Positions 39,939-48,704 of a stretch of 64,000 bases of DNA are shown here, piece after piece. Every line of letters begins with the position of its first letter. Within the stretch, counting starts at the first letter, position 1. The translations under genes were made by a program, and so were the position numbers. Origin of the DNA: Candidatus Cloacimonadota bacterium (GTDB lineage: Bacteria > Cloacimonadota > Cloacimonadia > Cloacimonadales > TCS61); NCBI GenBank assembly GCA_021157525.1, contig JAGGWK010000060.1:11293-75292 (forward strand), written 5' to 3'. Below the pieces are notes generated by a model. It did no database searches. It was not told the origin of the DNA and worked only from the letters and a program-made list of their open reading frames with translations.

Positions 39939-42416
39939 TTAATATTCTACTACTTTCAGTTTTATGGCATTTCGCGGACACCAGCTCACGCAATCACCGC
40001 AGGCTACACAAGCATCGGGATCGATGGTGGCATAGGAGCCGTGGTCAGTGATGGCATCTTCAGGACAGTGACTTACACAGTGGCCGCAGCCATTACAGGG
40101 GGGACGGTTTATCTGGTACACCAGTTTTCCGGCCGGAGAATTTGAGATTTCCGACGTATTCCCATTGTCGTCGGTGGTACGGATGGCGAAGTAGATAACT
40201 TCGCCAGAGTTCAGGCCATTCACGTCGCAGGTTTGTGATGATCCGCCAGCCAGTGGAGCCGGGGGATTGCTGAAGATATTGGCATCATCCCAGTTTGCAT
40301 CGGTGATGGGTTCATCCCAGTACCGGATGTCGTAAATCAGGGCTGTGCCGGTGGTTCCATCATCGCCGGGTGCCGTCCAGCTGATGCGGATAGTGCTGGC
40401 ATTGATTGCCAAACCGGCGACGACAGCCAAATCTGAGATGGTGGCCGGTGGCGTGGTATCTTCGGTAAGCTGGGCGATGGCAATGTTCGAGATGGCCGCC
40501 GCATTGTTATTTTCGTCATAGGCCTTGATGGCAAAATAGTAGTCCATTCCCATGGAGAGACCGGTTACCTGGTAGGTTTCGGCAGAGCCGGATGGAGCCG
40601 GAGCAGGTAGATTGGGCAACAGGTCGGCAGTTTCCCAGTTTGCCTCGGTAATCAGTGCGTTGGATGAGCGAATCTGGTAATGATCGGCAAGGCCGTCCAA
40701 TCCGTCATCTCCCACAGCGCTCCAGCTGAGGGTAATAAAAGAGTCACCTGATTCTGCCGCCAGATCGCCGATAGTGGCGGGTGGTGTAGTATCCTCCAGC
40801 AAGGTGGCAGAGGCATTGTTTGATGCTTCGGAGGTATTTTGAGAATCGTCGGTAGCTCTGATGGCAAAGTAGTACTGGATGCCAGGTTGTGGCACATCGG
40901 TAAGATAGCTTTGCACCGTGCCGGCCACTTGGGGTGCGGGTGGGTTTGGTAATGTGGTGGCATCCTGCCAGTTTGCAGTGGTAATCTGGTTTTCCGAGAT
41001 TTTTATCTCGTAGGAAACCGCCGTTCCTTCATCGCCGTCATCACCGGGAGCTGTCCAATTCAGAGTCATATCGTTCTGGGATGCCGTTACCGCCAGATCA
41101 CTGATAACAGCCGGAGGAACGGTATCGGGGATTTCGGTAGTTTCGCCGGATGGCACGTTGCTCAGGGACGATGCGTTCAGGGCGTCATCCAGTGCGATGA
41201 TGGCAAAATAGTAGGTAGTAAGGGGTTGCAATCCTTCTATCAAAAGTGCTTCGGTAGTGCCGGCTGTCTGAGGTACCATGTTTTGGGGGTAGGCTTCCAG
41301 TGCAGCCCAGTTGTCTGGTGTGATGACCTCGGTATCCACTTTGATGATGTAGGCCGATGCGGTTCCGATATTCTGGTCGTCACCCACAGCGGTCCAGTTC
41401 AGCAGGATGCTGTTCACCGATAGCGAGGCAACAGCCAGGTCGTCAATCGGTGCCGGCGCCATGATATCCCCGATGATCTGAGCCTGTACAACATTGGAGA
41501 TGGCGGCGTAATTGAGGGCATCATCGTAGGCGCGGATGGCAAAATAGTAGTTTTGCTGCAAAGGCAGATCGCTGATGATGAGGGTTTCGGCATCTCCTGC
41601 AGCAGCGGGAACCAGAGACTGGCTGTAGGTGGATGCATCCGGCCAATTGTCTGAAGTGATTTCCTGGGTGCTGTAGCGAATATCATAGCCGGCGGCAAGG
41701 CCTTCCATGGCATCGTCACCTACCGCTGTCCATCCCAGAGTGATGGTGGCTTCGGCAGAAGTTGCCGTAAGGTCTGTGATCTCTGCCGGAGCTGTGGCAT
41801 CGATGATCTCTCCAGCCACCAGGACCTGGCACACCGAGGTGCCGCTGGAGTGGTTCACCTCGTCGAAGGCTTCCAGTTCCACTGATATCTGGGCATTTTG
41901 GGGAAGATCCCGAATAATCCAGTTTTCTTCAAACCCGGCAGGAGAAGGTAGCGGAAGGATAAAATTGTAGGCAATGGGATTGTTCAACGTGTCCCGCAAT
42001 GTAAGGCCATATCGGAAGGAGTTGCCAGATGTTCCGTCATCTCCGGTAGCCACAAACTGTATCTGCACCACGCCGATGGAATCTGAAACGACGGAAAAAG
42101 AATCGATGGCGGCAGGAGCAACGACATCCGGGGTGGTGGTAAAGGCGTCTTCCGGACACTGAAATTGGTCAACACAGCGCATGCACTGTACGCATGCATC
42201 CTGATCGATATAAACGGTAAAGGTGCGGGGATCTTTTTTTATGGCGTCATAGGGACAGGAAAAGTCATCCAGACATTCGTAGCAACCCACGCATCGGGAG
42301 AACTCTACCCGAACCGGTTGTGAATCCGGCCCGACTTTCCGGGCATCATCACTACAGCTGATAACAGTAAAGAAAACAATGACTATCGCTACAACTAACA
42401 AAAAACTCTTATTCAT
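39939..42416 (-). CDS. large lipoprotein: N-terminal ferredoxin-like domain, six FN3-like repeats, C-terminal 2x[4Fe-4S] ferredoxin domain
   Basis: 825 aa from ATG 42416 (AGAGGA RBS); lipobox FTVISC; N-term CVGCYECLDDFSCP + CVQCMRCVDQFQCP; six about 105-aa repeats with WTAxGDDG...YYFAI; C-term CNGCGHCVSHCP + CVACGDCVSWCP. Confidence 0.7.
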   Translation of the reverse strand: MNKSFLLVVAIVIVFFTVISCSDDARKVGPDSQPVRVEFSRCVGCYECLDDFSCPYDAIKKDPRTFTVYIDQDACVQCMRCVDQFQCPEDAFTTTPDVVAPAAIDSFSVVSDSIGVVQIQFVATGDDGTSGNSFRYGLTLRDTLNNPIAYNFILPLPSPAGFEENWIIRDLPQNAQISVELEAFDEVNHSSGTSVCQVLVAGEIIDATAPAEITDLTATSAEATITLGWTAVGDDAMEGLAAGYDIRYSTQEITSDNWPDASTYSQSLVPAAAGDAETLIISDLPLQQNYYFAIRAYDDALNYAAISNVVQAQIIGDIMAPAPIDDLAVASLSVNSILLNWTAVGDDQNIGTASAYIIKVDTEVITPDNWAALEAYPQNMVPQTAGTTEALLIEGLQPLTTYYFAIIALDDALNASSLSNVPSGETTEIPDTVPPAVISDLAVTASQNDMTLNWTAPGDDGDEGTAVSYEIKISENQITTANWQDATTLPNPPAPQVAGTVQSYLTDVPQPGIQYYFAIRATDDSQNTSEASNNASATLLEDTTPPATIGDLAAESGDSFITLSWSAVGDDGLDGLADHYQIRSSNALITEANWETADLLPNLPAPAPSGSAETYQVTGLSMGMDYYFAIKAYDENNNAAAISNIAIAQLTEDTTPPATISDLAVVAGLAINASTIRISWTAPGDDGTTGTALIYDIRYWDEPITDANWDDANIFSNPPAPLAGGSSQTCDVNGLNSGEVIYFAIRTTDDNGNTSEISNSPAGKLVYQINRPPCNGCGHCVSHCPEDAITDHGSYATIDPDACVACGDCVSWCPRNAIKLKVVEY

Positions 42417-42770
42417 ACACCATCCTCTTTTTGCTATCAAACCAACATTCAGGTAACCAGAGAGGTGTCAAATGCAAAATTTCCGGTAAATCCGGAATAC
42501 ATACTTATGCAAGATGCCTGGAGAGGGGAACAAAGTATTTTCGTAAAAAATCTTAGATCCGGATAAAGAGTGTATTATTCACGCCACTGCTTTGTATTCA
42601 CCCGAATCCCGCTTCCAGAGCAGAGATCAATTATTTCTTGAAACGTTAGGAAGAGGTTTTGGACAAAACATAGCCTCCATTGGTAGCCCGTCCAGATCAT
42701 CCAGCCAGAGGCGATATCATGCTATTTAAGTAGATATTAACACCAGAATCCCCTTTTAGCTATCCAGAAG

Positions 42771-43418
42771 CTACATCATGCGCACATTAGATGTAATCAA
42801 TTGTTGCAGTTCGTTGATAGATTTTGACACTGCATGTCCGATGAGATTCATGCGGGAAATCTGATAAATCCGCTCATATGCCTTCTTCTGCTCTTCCCGG
42901 GTAAATACCTGGTCAACCAGGTTGCAGCTATTAATCAGGGACACCAGCACGATATCCCGGGGCTGGGGAATATCATCTGACAGCACCAAAGCCCGGATGC
43001 GGGTTTTCACTTCCACCTCTTCCCGATCATCTATCACGGGGTAACGGCGTTGGTTGAAGACCCAGAGGATTTTGTGTTCTTCTTTCTTCAGGATGCCTTT
43101 GGCGATCAGCTTATCCAGCATCAGTTCCCGGAGGTTTTCTATGCGGTTACGAATTTCCCACACCCAAAAAATCGAGCTCTTGTGGTCGGGGACTTCGGCA
43201 ATCATACCCAGAACACAGTCAAAGAGCTCATCGCCGGTGGGATCGCTGTTTATCAGAATGAGGTTTTCCAAGTCGGTATCGATGCGGTTCATCAGAGCCA
43301 GATCCATCAATATCGCGCCAGCCAGAGCATATTCAAAGGAAACCAGGGACATATTGATAAAGGTTCCTTTTTGGTCATCTAATGCCAGCAGCACCAGTTC
43401 TTCACCGAACGTAATCAT
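42771..43418 (-). CDS. GPP34/GOLPH3 family protein
   Basis: 215 aa; N-terminal FGEELVLLALDDQKG matches GPP34 family signature. Confidence 0.6.
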   Translation of the reverse strand: MITFGEELVLLALDDQKGTFINMSLVSFEYALAGAILMDLALMNRIDTDLENLILINSDPTGDELFDCVLGMIAEVPDHKSSIFWVWEIRNRIENLRELMLDKLIAKGILKKEEHKILWVFNQRRYPVIDDREEVEVKTRIRALVLSDDIPQPRDIVLVSLINSCNLVDQVFTREEQKKAYERIYQISRMNLIGHAVSKSINELQQLITSNVRMM

Positions 43419-43539
43419 ATAGTATTTCCTTCACAAATTTACCTGAAGGATTTTTGCTCAGTCGGCTATCGTGTGTCAATCATAAAACTCCGTAGCGGTA
43501 AGATTGACAAATTTACCGGCGGCAGATTATTTTGTCGTT

Positions 43540-44439
43540 ATGAAAAAGCTTGAAAGGATCACAGCTGAGCCAGCCCTGTTATTGGCGGCGATAATCTGGG
43601 GCTTTGCCTTTGTGGCACAGCGAAGCGGTGCACGTTTTGTGCAGCCCCTCACCTTCAATGGTGTGCGGTTTCTCCTGGGAACCATCAGTGTGGTGCCGAT
43701 ACTTTTTGCCTTTGGAAAACACCGTCTGGATTTCCATTCTGCCCTTGTACCGGGTTTTGTGGCAGGATGCCTCCTCTTTTTGGCGTCGACGTTTCAACAG
43801 TATGGCATCATGTTTACCACCGCCGGTAAGGCAGGTTTCATCACCGGGATGTATGTGCTTTTTGTACCCATTTTCGGGATTTTTTTCCGTCACAAAGCCA
43901 CTAAGATGCTGTGGCTGGCCGTCGGATTTTCTGTTTTGGGATTGTATCTTCTGGCAGGAAGGATGGATAAAACCATGATGAAGGGCGATGCCCTGGTACT
44001 CATTTCTGCCGTATTTTGGGCTTTTCACGTGTTGTCGATCAAACATTTCACACAAAAGGCCGATCCTCTGCTCATTGCCTTTTTGCAGTTCTTTTTTTGT
44101 GCAATGTTCAGTTTGGTGGGAGCACTGTTATTCGAGCCCGTCGCGCTGGAGCCCCTCTTCCAGGCCGCAGGGCCAATACTCTATGCCGGCGTGTTTTCTG
44201 TGGGAATTGCCTTTACCTTGCAGGTGGTTGGCCAGAAAAACACCCATCCCACATCGGCCGCCGTTATCTTGAGTATGGAAGCAGTTTTCGCCGTGATCGG
44301 TGGTGTGATTATTTTACATGAAACCCTGGAATTGCGTGAAGCTATGGGATGCGTGAGTATGCTCTGCGGCATACTTCTGGCACAACTCCCGACTCGTGAT
44401 TCAGGCATCCTGTACCAAAAAGGAAACGCGAGAAATTGA
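43540..44439 (+). CDS. DMT superfamily transporter (EamA-like, 10 TM)
   Basis: two EamA-like halves, hydrophobic throughout; start at ATG 43540. Confidence 0.7.
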   Translation: MKKLERITAEPALLLAAIIWGFAFVAQRSGARFVQPLTFNGVRFLLGTISVVPILFAFGKHRLDFHSALVPGFVAGCLLFLASTFQQYGIMFTTAGKAGFITGMYVLFVPIFGIFFRHKATKMLWLAVGFSVLGLYLLAGRMDKTMMKGDALVLISAVFWAFHVLSIKHFTQKADPLLIAFLQFFFCAMFSLVGALLFEPVALEPLFQAAGPILYAGVFSVGIAFTLQVVGQKNTHPTSAAVILSMEAVFAVIGGVIILHETLELREAMGCVSMLCGILLAQLPTRDSGILYQKGNARN

Positions 44440-44493
44440 TGTAATTTCCCCATTCTTGTAACTGTTTTTTAAATAAAATGAAGGAGACGCAGC

Positions 44494-46881
44494 ATGGAAA
44501 AAGAAAAGAACCTTCCAAAAATCGAGGAAAAAACAACCTCTGACATCATGGTCATGTCTGATATTCTTCCTCCCCATCTGACCATTATTCCCATCAATCA
44601 CCGCCCGATATTTCCGGGATTTATGATCCCTCTCACCTTCAGTGGACGGCGGGTAGTCAAAAAGCTACAGGAAGTCTTTGACTCTGACCCTAAGGTAATC
44701 GGCCTGGTACTGATAAAGGAACTGGATGAGACCGATTTCTTCAAGTCTCCGTTGCACGATGTGGGCACTGTCATCAAAATCTACAAACTCAATGTCATCG
44801 ATGAATTTACCGTCCAGATTATCGCCCAGGGATTGCAACGCTTCCGGCACGCCCACACACTGGCATCCCGCCCTCTTCCTCATTGGAAAGTCACGTACCT
44901 TGTTAACCCCACAGAGAAACCGACCGGGGAGCTGAAAGCCTACACCCTTTCTTTGATGAATTCCATGAAGGATCTGCTGAAGCTTAACCCGATATTTCAG
45001 GAACAATTAAAGCTGGTGATTCAGCATATTTCTCACGACAATCCGGGCCTGTTGATGGATATGGTGGCATCAATGCTTAACGCAGATCAGGAAAAATTAC
45101 AGCAATTACTCGAGACCACCGAGCTCATTCCCCGGGCAGAATTGCTCTTGATTTTGCTGCGTGAAGAGATCGAGCTAACTGCGCTGCAGGAGCAGATTGA
45201 GAAGAAAATCGAGGAAAAAGTTTCAAAGCAGCAACGAGAGTTTTTTTTGCGGGAACAGCTGAAAATCATCAAGAAAGAGCTGGGACTGGAGAAAGACGAC
45301 AAAGCAGCCGAATTGGAAAAATTTCAGAATCGAATTATGGATCTGCAGCTGTCTCAAGAGGCGGCCAAGGTTGTAAAGGAAGAGATGGAGAAGCTGGCAA
45401 TGCTGGAGCCGGCATCGCCAGAATTCAATGTCACCCGCAGTTATCTCACCACCATCACCGAGCTTCCCTGGGGAAAATATTCACCGGACAATCTGAATAT
45501 TGCCCAAGCCCGTGCCATTCTGGATCAAGATCATTATGGGCTTCAGGATGTAAAACGGTTGATCCTGGAATTTATCGGAACCATCATCAAACGTGGGACT
45601 GTAACCGGTTCTATCCTCTGTTTTGTCGGGCCTCCGGGGGTAGGTAAAACTTCCCTCGGAAAATCCATTGCCAGAGCATTGGGACGAAAATTTTTCCGCT
45701 TTTCCGTGGGAGGAATGCGGGATGAAGCAGAGATAAAAGGACACCGCAGAACCTATATCGGTGCGATGCCCGGCAAGATTCTGCAGAGCCTCAAACGTAC
45801 CGGCACTGCCAATCCTGTGATAATGCTGGATGAGATCGACAAGCTGGGAAAGAGTTTTATGGGTGATCCGGCCTCTGCTCTACTGGAAGTGCTGGATCCC
45901 GAACAAAACCGGGATTTCCTCGACCACTACCTGGACATCCGCTTCGACCTCTCAAAAGTGCTTTTCATCACCACAGCCAACCAACTGGACACCATCCCCC
46001 GGCCACTGCTGGACAGGATGGAGATCATTTCGCTGTCGGGATACATCATGGAAGAAAAGGTGAAAATAGCCAAGCGACACCTCGTTCCACGGCAACGAGA
46101 AGCTCATGGATTGAAGGCATCTGAGGTAAAAATCAGCACACCAGCTCTCCGGCAGATTGTAGAAAATTATGCCCGGGAAGCAGGGGTACGCAATCTGGAA
46201 AAAATGATCCGCAAGATCATGCGCCAAGTTACTTTGTTACAGGCAGAAGGAGCCAAGGAACATTTTTCCATCACGGTAAAAAGCCTTACCCGCTACCTGG
46301 GAAACCCCCGTTTTGCCACCGAGAAATTGTATCAACGTGCCATCCCTGGTGTTACCCTGGGTCTGGCCTGGACGTCTTTTGGCGGCACCACACTATACAT
46401 CGAAGCCTCCGCTCTCAAGGGCAAGCCCGGATTTCAGCAAACCGGCCAGCTGGGAGCGGTGATGAAGGAATCGGCAGAAATAGCCTATTCCTACGTCCGT
46501 TCAATCTTATGCAGAGATGAACACTATTGTTCCTTCTTCAATGAGAATTTTATCCATCTTCACGTGCCAGCTGGTGCTACCCCAAAAGATGGGCCATCGG
46601 CTGGAATCACTATGGCTTTGGCACTGTATTCTCTGGCAAAAGCCACACCGGTACGTAAGGGAGTGGCCATGACAGGTGAATTGACCCTGACAGGAAAAGT
46701 ACTCCCCATCGGTGGGCTGAAAGAGAAAACCATTGCCGCCCGCCGCGTTGGCATCAGAGAATTGATTTTCCCCATCGATAATCGACCTCAGTTTGAGGAA
46801 TTACCACATGTTATCAAAGACGGCATCACTCCGCATTTCGTCGATTACTTTGAGGATGTAATAAAAATTGCCTTCGCTTGA
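44494..46881 (+). CDS. lon: ATP-dependent protease Lon
   Basis: 795 aa; LON N domain, Walker A GPPGVGKTS, protease Ser motif PKDGPSAGI, catalytic Lys region. Confidence 0.9.
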   Translation: MEKEKNLPKIEEKTTSDIMVMSDILPPHLTIIPINHRPIFPGFMIPLTFSGRRVVKKLQEVFDSDPKVIGLVLIKELDETDFFKSPLHDVGTVIKIYKLNVIDEFTVQIIAQGLQRFRHAHTLASRPLPHWKVTYLVNPTEKPTGELKAYTLSLMNSMKDLLKLNPIFQEQLKLVIQHISHDNPGLLMDMVASMLNADQEKLQQLLETTELIPRAELLLILLREEIELTALQEQIEKKIEEKVSKQQREFFLREQLKIIKKELGLEKDDKAAELEKFQNRIMDLQLSQEAAKVVKEEMEKLAMLEPASPEFNVTRSYLTTITELPWGKYSPDNLNIAQARAILDQDHYGLQDVKRLILEFIGTIIKRGTVTGSILCFVGPPGVGKTSLGKSIARALGRKFFRFSVGGMRDEAEIKGHRRTYIGAMPGKILQSLKRTGTANPVIMLDEIDKLGKSFMGDPASALLEVLDPEQNRDFLDHYLDIRFDLSKVLFITTANQLDTIPRPLLDRMEIISLSGYIMEEKVKIAKRHLVPRQREAHGLKASEVKISTPALRQIVENYAREAGVRNLEKMIRKIMRQVTLLQAEGAKEHFSITVKSLTRYLGNPRFATEKLYQRAIPGVTLGLAWTSFGGTTLYIEASALKGKPGFQQTGQLGAVMKESAEIAYSYVRSILCRDEHYCSFFNENFIHLHVPAGATPKDGPSAGITMALALYSLAKATPVRKGVAMTGELTLTGKVLPIGGLKEKTIAARRVGIRELIFPIDNRPQFEELPHVIKDGITPHFVDYFEDVIKIAFA

Positions 46882-46888
46882 TTAATTT

Positions 46889-46935
46889 CCATCCCGCATT
46901 ATTATCACTGTTAATGCGGGATGGACTTCTTTATC
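46889..46935 (+). terminator. putative terminator hairpin after lon
   Basis: ATCCCGCATTA-10nt-TAATGCGGGAT stem followed by T-rich tract. Confidence 0.5.
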
Positions 46936-47038
46936 TCCTTCTGAATCTATCGGGTAGCAACAACAGATTATTATTTTTCCTTTGACAATAAATCCCGCAT
47001 TTTAAAGAGTTTTATAGAATTTCTCAGCAGGATGGCAA

Positions 47039-48061
47039 ATGAAAATACAAACAGCGGCAACGCCCATTACCAATCTGTCGGTGATCTGTATCCTACTCAT
47101 TGCAGGCACCGTCCTCAGTGGCGGTATCTCCAGCAGTTTCATCGCAGCCAACAGGCAGCTTTTGCACTCGGTGTATAAGGCGCGGCTTTTATTGCAAGAT
47201 GCCTGTACTCATGATGATTTACAGAAGAATCAGCCGACGATTTCACCTCAGTTGAACAGCAGTATCCGATCAATCGTTCAGTTTCCAGCACACAAGTTTT
47301 TTTGGCAAGGGGCAGCCATCGCCGCATTGCAAAGTAAGCTGGATACATCCTGGAACCGCTTCCTGCAAGCATCTCGTAGAGATAGTGCTCAGACAGACAC
47401 CAAGGAATTTCAGCAGGTTGTGCTTGCCTGTGATGAGATGATCAATGAGCTATCCCGATTTCCCACAATCAATGCCATCAATAGTGGGCTTTTTTCCATA
47501 TTACTCGGCACCTGTGTGATTATACTTTTGTATATTCTCTACTACTCACACCATTTCATTCGGGATAAACTGGCTTTCCAGGCAAGTCATGATCCTCTCA
47601 CCAAGCTTTTAAACCGTAATGTGTACAATGAGCTGGTAGAGACGGAGATCGCTCGTAGTGAGCGATACAAGTATTCAATGTCCCTCATTCTATTTGATAT
47701 TGATAACTTCAAAAAGGTGAATGACACTTATGGTCACGATGTAGGAGATATGGTACTGGTACAGCTGTCACAATTGGTGAAAAGCCTGATTCGTATGAGT
47801 GATTCACTGTTTCGTACCGGTGGGGAGGAATTTGCCATCATCGCGCCAGAAACGGGAACTAAGGCAGCGACGTTTTTGGCAGAAAAACTTCGATCAGCGA
47901 TCAACAGCGCAACCTTCGATGAAGCAATCAATATAACGGTGAGTTTTGGATTGGCGGAATATCACTATCACGAAGGATCTGCCAAGCTATTTCGGCGAGC
48001 AGATCAAGCACTCTACAGAGCCAAAAACACAGGGCGTAATCGCGTAGAAGGAGCGGAGTAA
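47039..48061 (+). CDS. sensor diguanylate cyclase (GGDEF domain)
   Basis: two TM segments flanking a periplasmic region, C-terminal GGDEF with RTGGEEF active site and RxxD I-site-like RAD. Confidence 0.8.
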   Translation: MKIQTAATPITNLSVICILLIAGTVLSGGISSSFIAANRQLLHSVYKARLLLQDACTHDDLQKNQPTISPQLNSSIRSIVQFPAHKFFWQGAAIAALQSKLDTSWNRFLQASRRDSAQTDTKEFQQVVLACDEMINELSRFPTINAINSGLFSILLGTCVIILLYILYYSHHFIRDKLAFQASHDPLTKLLNRNVYNELVETEIARSERYKYSMSLILFDIDNFKKVNDTYGHDVGDMVLVQLSQLVKSLIRMSDSLFRTGGEEFAIIAPETGTKAATFLAEKLRSAINSATFDEAINITVSFGLAEYHYHEGSAKLFRRADQALYRAKNTGRNRVEGAE

Positions 48062-48101
48062 CTTCGTAATGCAAGCATCGCTGAAATAGAAATCTGGGTA
48101 T

Positions 48102-48127
48102 AAAAAAACCGTTACCAGAGGCAACGG
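48102..48127 (-). terminator. rho-independent terminator downstream of tRNA-His cluster
   Basis: minus strand CCGTTGCC-TCTG-GTAACGG + TTTTTTT. Confidence 0.6.
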
Positions 48128-48138
48128 CATCTATTCTA

Positions 48139-48216
48139 TGGGGTGGCTGAGGGGATTCGAACCCCCGACTCCAAGAGCCACAATCTTGTACTCTAACCAA
48201 CTGAGCTACAGCCACC
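48139..48216 (-). tRNA. tRNA-His (anticodon GTG) with encoded G-1
   Basis: 78 nt; extra 5' G pairing with C73, anticodon loop TTGTGGC, encoded CCA. Confidence 0.8.
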
Positions 48217-48229
48217 ATAAAATTACTTA

Positions 48230-48306
48230 TGGTACGCCAGCGGGGACTCGAACCCCAGACCTACGGATTAGAAATCCGTTGCTCTATCCAGCTGAGCTAC
48301 TGGCGC
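48230..48306 (-). tRNA. tRNA-Arg (anticodon TCT)
   Basis: 77 nt; anticodon loop TTTCTAA; T-arm GGGGTTCGAGTCCCC; CCA encoded. Confidence 0.8.
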
Positions 48307-48315
48307 ATAAAAAAA

Positions 48316-48392
48316 TGGTAGCGGCGCAGGGACTTGAACCCCGGACACTCGGATTATGATTCCGATGCTCTAACCAACTGAGCTACGCCGCC
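48316..48392 (-). tRNA. tRNA-Met elongator (anticodon CAT; tRNA-Ile2/lysidine not excluded)
   Basis: 77 nt; anticodon loop ATCATAA; no GGG/CCC anticodon-stem signature. Confidence 0.7.
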
Positions 48393-48406
48393 ACTCATTA
48401 AAAAAA

Positions 48407-48483
<77 letters not shown>

Positions 48484-48704
48484 TCAAATTATCATAAAGA
48501 TTCTCTGCAAATTTGCATGCTCAAGATCATGATCAACTATGCATCAAATCTGTTCTCACTACGTTTTAAAGATCCTTTTCCTGACTGTCTTGATCATTCA
48601 AAACATCAGGATGGACATATTTTGAGCTAAGGATTTGGTGTCAAGAAATAGTTTAAAAGAAAATCCTTGACGATTTTTCTGATATCACGAGTACGTATTA
48701 CCCT

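Noticed and set aside
40200-41900. Periodic about 300-bp DNA repeats that could be mistaken for a CRISPR-like or tandem-repeat array
   Set aside because: The repeats are long, divergent and in frame, and encode FN3-like protein modules of the large lipoprotein. There are no short direct repeats with unique spacers and no cas genes in the window.
39939-42416. Possibility that the large Cys-rich lipoprotein is a multiheme c-type cytochrome or a Tat substrate
   Set aside because: Checked for CxxCH: the nearest is CNGCGHC, which is CxxCxH and not a heme site. No RR twin-arginine motif occurs in any of the three signal peptides. Cys spacing fits 4Fe-4S ferredoxin motifs instead.
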